Shown piece after piece: positions 56,763 to 59,122 of a stretch of DNA of 59,122 bases (position 1 is its first letter; each line of letters begins with the position of its first letter). This DNA comes from Terracidiphilus sp. Lineage in GTDB: Bacteria > Acidobacteriota > Terriglobia > Terriglobales > Acidobacteriaceae. The translations under genes were made by a program, and so were the position numbers. The notes below the pieces were generated by a model. That model was given only the letters and a program-made list of their open reading frames with translations. It did not search any database and was not told the origin of the DNA. The stretch lies in assembly GCA_035486155.1 (NCBI GenBank), contig DATHNJ010000105.1, forward strand, positions 1 through 59,122. The letters run 5' to 3'.

Positions 56763-59122
56763 ATGAACGATGCAGGCTGGTTTTTCCGGCCATCCAATCA
56801 ACGGTCTGCTGCGAGAACGGCCCGGCGCACAGTTGGAGGGATTGGAACTGCACTCTTGGCCATGACCGGGATCGCTGCGGCGCAGGCTCCGACAGCGTCG
56901 AGCCCGGCTGCGGATGCGCCGATGAGCGCGCCCAATGGCTATGTGATTCATCAGAGCATCGATCTGGGTGGCCGCATAGCGAATGCGACGGGCAGCCAGG
57001 CGATGTACAGCAATCTAGTCAATCTCCAATCCGGACCGCGCGTGCAAAACGAAACCTTCGAGCTGCACGCTCTGCCCGGCCAGAAGAACACTCCGGTCGA
57101 CAGGTTGAGCGCGGTGGGCAGCGGGTTCGGCGGTGACCCCGTCAATTTCGCCCGGACGAGCGCTTCGAAGGGCAAGCTCTACGAGTTCACCGGGCTGTTT
57201 CGGCGCGATCGCAGATACTTCGATTACGATCTGCTCGGCAATCCCAACATTCCCAGCGGGCAGTCGATTCCTATCGGCCCGTCCAATGCGCCCACAGGCT
57301 CGTTCGCCTGGCCGCAGACCCTGCAATCGCCATTCCTGTTCAACACCGTGCGGCGCATGACCGATATCAACGTTGTGCTGATGCCGCTTTCCACGTTCAC
57401 TTACCACTTCGCTTACGCCAAAAACTTGATGCAGGGGCCGAGCCTCAGCCCGAGCGGCTATTCGTTCGCCAAGTACAACGCGATTTTGGCTGAGTATCAG
57501 CGCAACAACACGGATGACATCACTGCGGGAGTCGATTGGAAACCGGCGCGCGGCACAATGATCAGCTATGAAGAACAGATCACGCACTACAAAGGAGACT
57601 CGTTCTTCTCCTTGGCCGCGAATTCGCTCATCGTGCAAGAGGCGGACGGAACTCGCGCGGCGATCAACGACTACGACAGTCTTTCGCCTTATGGCATCGG
57701 CGCCTGCAACACGGGGAGCATGGGCATCGCCTACACCAACGCCACCACCTATACGATTCTCTCGGCGCCAAATACGCCGGGCGGCCTGCCCGTGATCAAT
57801 CCTGCCTGCGCCGTGGTCACCAGTTATGTACGCTCGCAGCCGACCCGCGCCATCTTTCCCACCGAGGTATTGCGCCTTCAGAGCGCGACGCTCAAGAACC
57901 TGTCGATCAACGGCAATGTGCGGTTCACGAATGCGAACATGCACCTGCCCAACTACTACGACAGCTACCAGGGCTTGAACGGGACGACGCGCGAGCTGAC
58001 TTACATAGGAAATGCGAACGCGATACGCCAGGTTCTCGCCGCCGACCTGGGCGCCGTGTGGCAGACAACAAGTAACTTTAGTCTGGCTGACCAGATCAAC
58101 TTTTCCACGATGCACCAACCGGGCGTGACGAATATGACGAGTGGATTTACCGTGTCGACGCCCACCAATCCCAACGAGACCATCACCTACCAGGGCCCGC
58201 TGAAAACCACCAACGCGGCCGCAGGCGCCGCCACGATTACAGGCAACGCAAACATTGACGTGCCAGGTGCAGGCTATACGGGCCAGTTATACGTCACCAA
58301 TAATCTGACTGGCGAATGGGATGTTTCTTCGCTCACCACGCTCTCGCTCACCTATCGCTATCAGGATCACGTCGTCGCCGAGGGCGATCCGCACAGCGCT
58401 CCTCTGCCAGTTGGCGCGTCGATTGGCGGAACGGTGACCATTCACGAGGATGCCGGAGTGTTCACCGTCGCGGTGCGGCCCACAGCGAATCTCGACCTGA
58501 ATGGTTCGGTGGAGATGGCCTATGCCGATAACGCCCTCACGCCGGTGTCGCCGAGGCAGCTATGGCATTACAGGGTGCACGTGAGATACAGGCCGAAACC
58601 CTGGGCCACGCTGTCGGGCGCCTTTAACGACCTGGAGCGGCACAACAATACGAACAACAACCAGGCCGCCATAGCCGCCGGCGACGACCCCTACGAGGGC
58701 CCACTCGATCATGTCGATCACACCAGGATTGCGAGCATAAGCGGAGTGTTGTTGCCCAATGAGCGTTATGGGCTCGACTTCAGCTATGCCTACACCGATG
58801 TCTACGCGGCGACCAACATCTGCTTTGATAACGGCGCGCAGAATGCGAGCAACAAGCCGAGCGCGTATCCCGGCACAGCGACCCTCACCAGCAGTGGCGC
58901 GCCGAACGTTTGCCCCGGCGTCTTCACTCGCGGATCGACGACGCAACTCGCCGATTGGTTCGGGCGCGACTTTATGGATGCGCCGACGCAGTACGGGTCT
59001 GTCTCTCTCCGCCTGTCTCCGGCCAAGACGGTTCAATCGAATTTCGGCTATCGCCTGAGCTCAGTCGACGGAAGCAGGTTCTTCAACGATGCGCGCGATG
59101 TGAACGGCGCGCTGGTTTCGTC
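56763..59122 (+). CDS. Large outer-membrane beta-barrel protein, probable MtrB/PioB-type partner (3' truncated, absent from ORF track)
   Basis: Hand-read frame stays open to the window end: MNDAGWF..ALLAMTGIAAA|QAP..GYVIHQSIDLGGR..MYSNLVNLQSGPR..; many amphipathic strands ending in aromatics; directly follows the decaheme gene. Confidence 0.8.
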   Translation, partial: MNDAGWFFRPSNQRSAARTARRTVGGIGTALLAMTGIAAAQAPTASSPAADAPMSAPNGYVIHQSIDLGGRIANATGSQAMYSNLVNLQSGPRVQNETFELHALPGQKNTPVDRLSAVGSGFGGDPVNFARTSASKGKLYEFTGLFRRDRRYFDYDLLGNPNIPSGQSIPIGPSNAPTGSFAWPQTLQSPFLFNTVRRMTDINVVLMPLSTFTYHFAYAKNLMQGPSLSPSGYSFAKYNAILAEYQRNNTDDITAGVDWKPARGTMISYEEQITHYKGDSFFSLAANSLIVQEADGTRAAINDYDSLSPYGIGACNTGSMGIAYTNATTYTILSAPNTPGGLPVINPACAVVTSYVRSQPTRAIFPTEVLRLQSATLKNLSINGNVRFTNANMHLPNYYDSYQGLNGTTRELTYIGNANAIRQVLAADLGAVWQTTSNFSLADQINFSTMHQPGVTNMTSGFTVSTPTNPNETITYQGPLKTTNAAAGAATITGNANIDVPGAGYTGQLYVTNNLTGEWDVSSLTTLSLTYRYQDHVVAEGDPHSAPLPVGASIGGTVTIHEDAGVFTVAVRPTANLDLNGSVEMAYADNALTPVSPRQLWHYRVHVRYRPKPWATLSGAFNDLERHNNTNNNQAAIAAGDDPYEGPLDHVDHTRIASISGVLLPNERYGLDFSYAYTDVYAATNICFDNGAQNASNKPSAYPGTATLTSSGAPNVCPGVFTRGSTTQLADWFGRDFMDAPTQYGSVSLRLSPAKTVQSNFGYRLSSVDGSRFFNDARDVNGALVS

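Overview
A GC-rich chromosomal window that looks like Acidobacteriaceae (inferred from the Oar-type TonB-dependent receptor, gene style and gene order). Most of it is core or near-core: ispE-tRNA-Gln-prs-rplY-pth-rpsF-rpsR-rplI, der, a DinG-family helicase, pncA, queD, waaA-lpxK-GT9 and mnmG. Interspersed are secreted hydrolases and oxidases, three type II TA pairs with palindromic operators, an ECF sigma/DUF4252 cluster, a Y-family polymerase, a Kdo hydroxylase and an MtrA/DmsE decaheme plus beta-barrel pair at the right edge. The most striking item is a two-gene 'hypothetical' operon at 48911-51648 (-). Gene 1 carries both metal-site motifs of the copper membrane monooxygenase subunit PmoC/AmoC with exact His spacing, followed by a PmoA-like half. 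Gene 2 has a predicted mature N-terminal His and PmoB-like topology. Together they suggest a divergent, fused (CA)+B CuMMO-like copper enzyme. Other notable signals are G-rich heptamer repeats inside housekeeping genes, multi-branch intergenic RNA-like folds, frequent apparently leaderless starts and a possible lipid A methyltransferase. All family calls come from motif recognition by eye, and reference sequences are quoted from memory; no searches were run.
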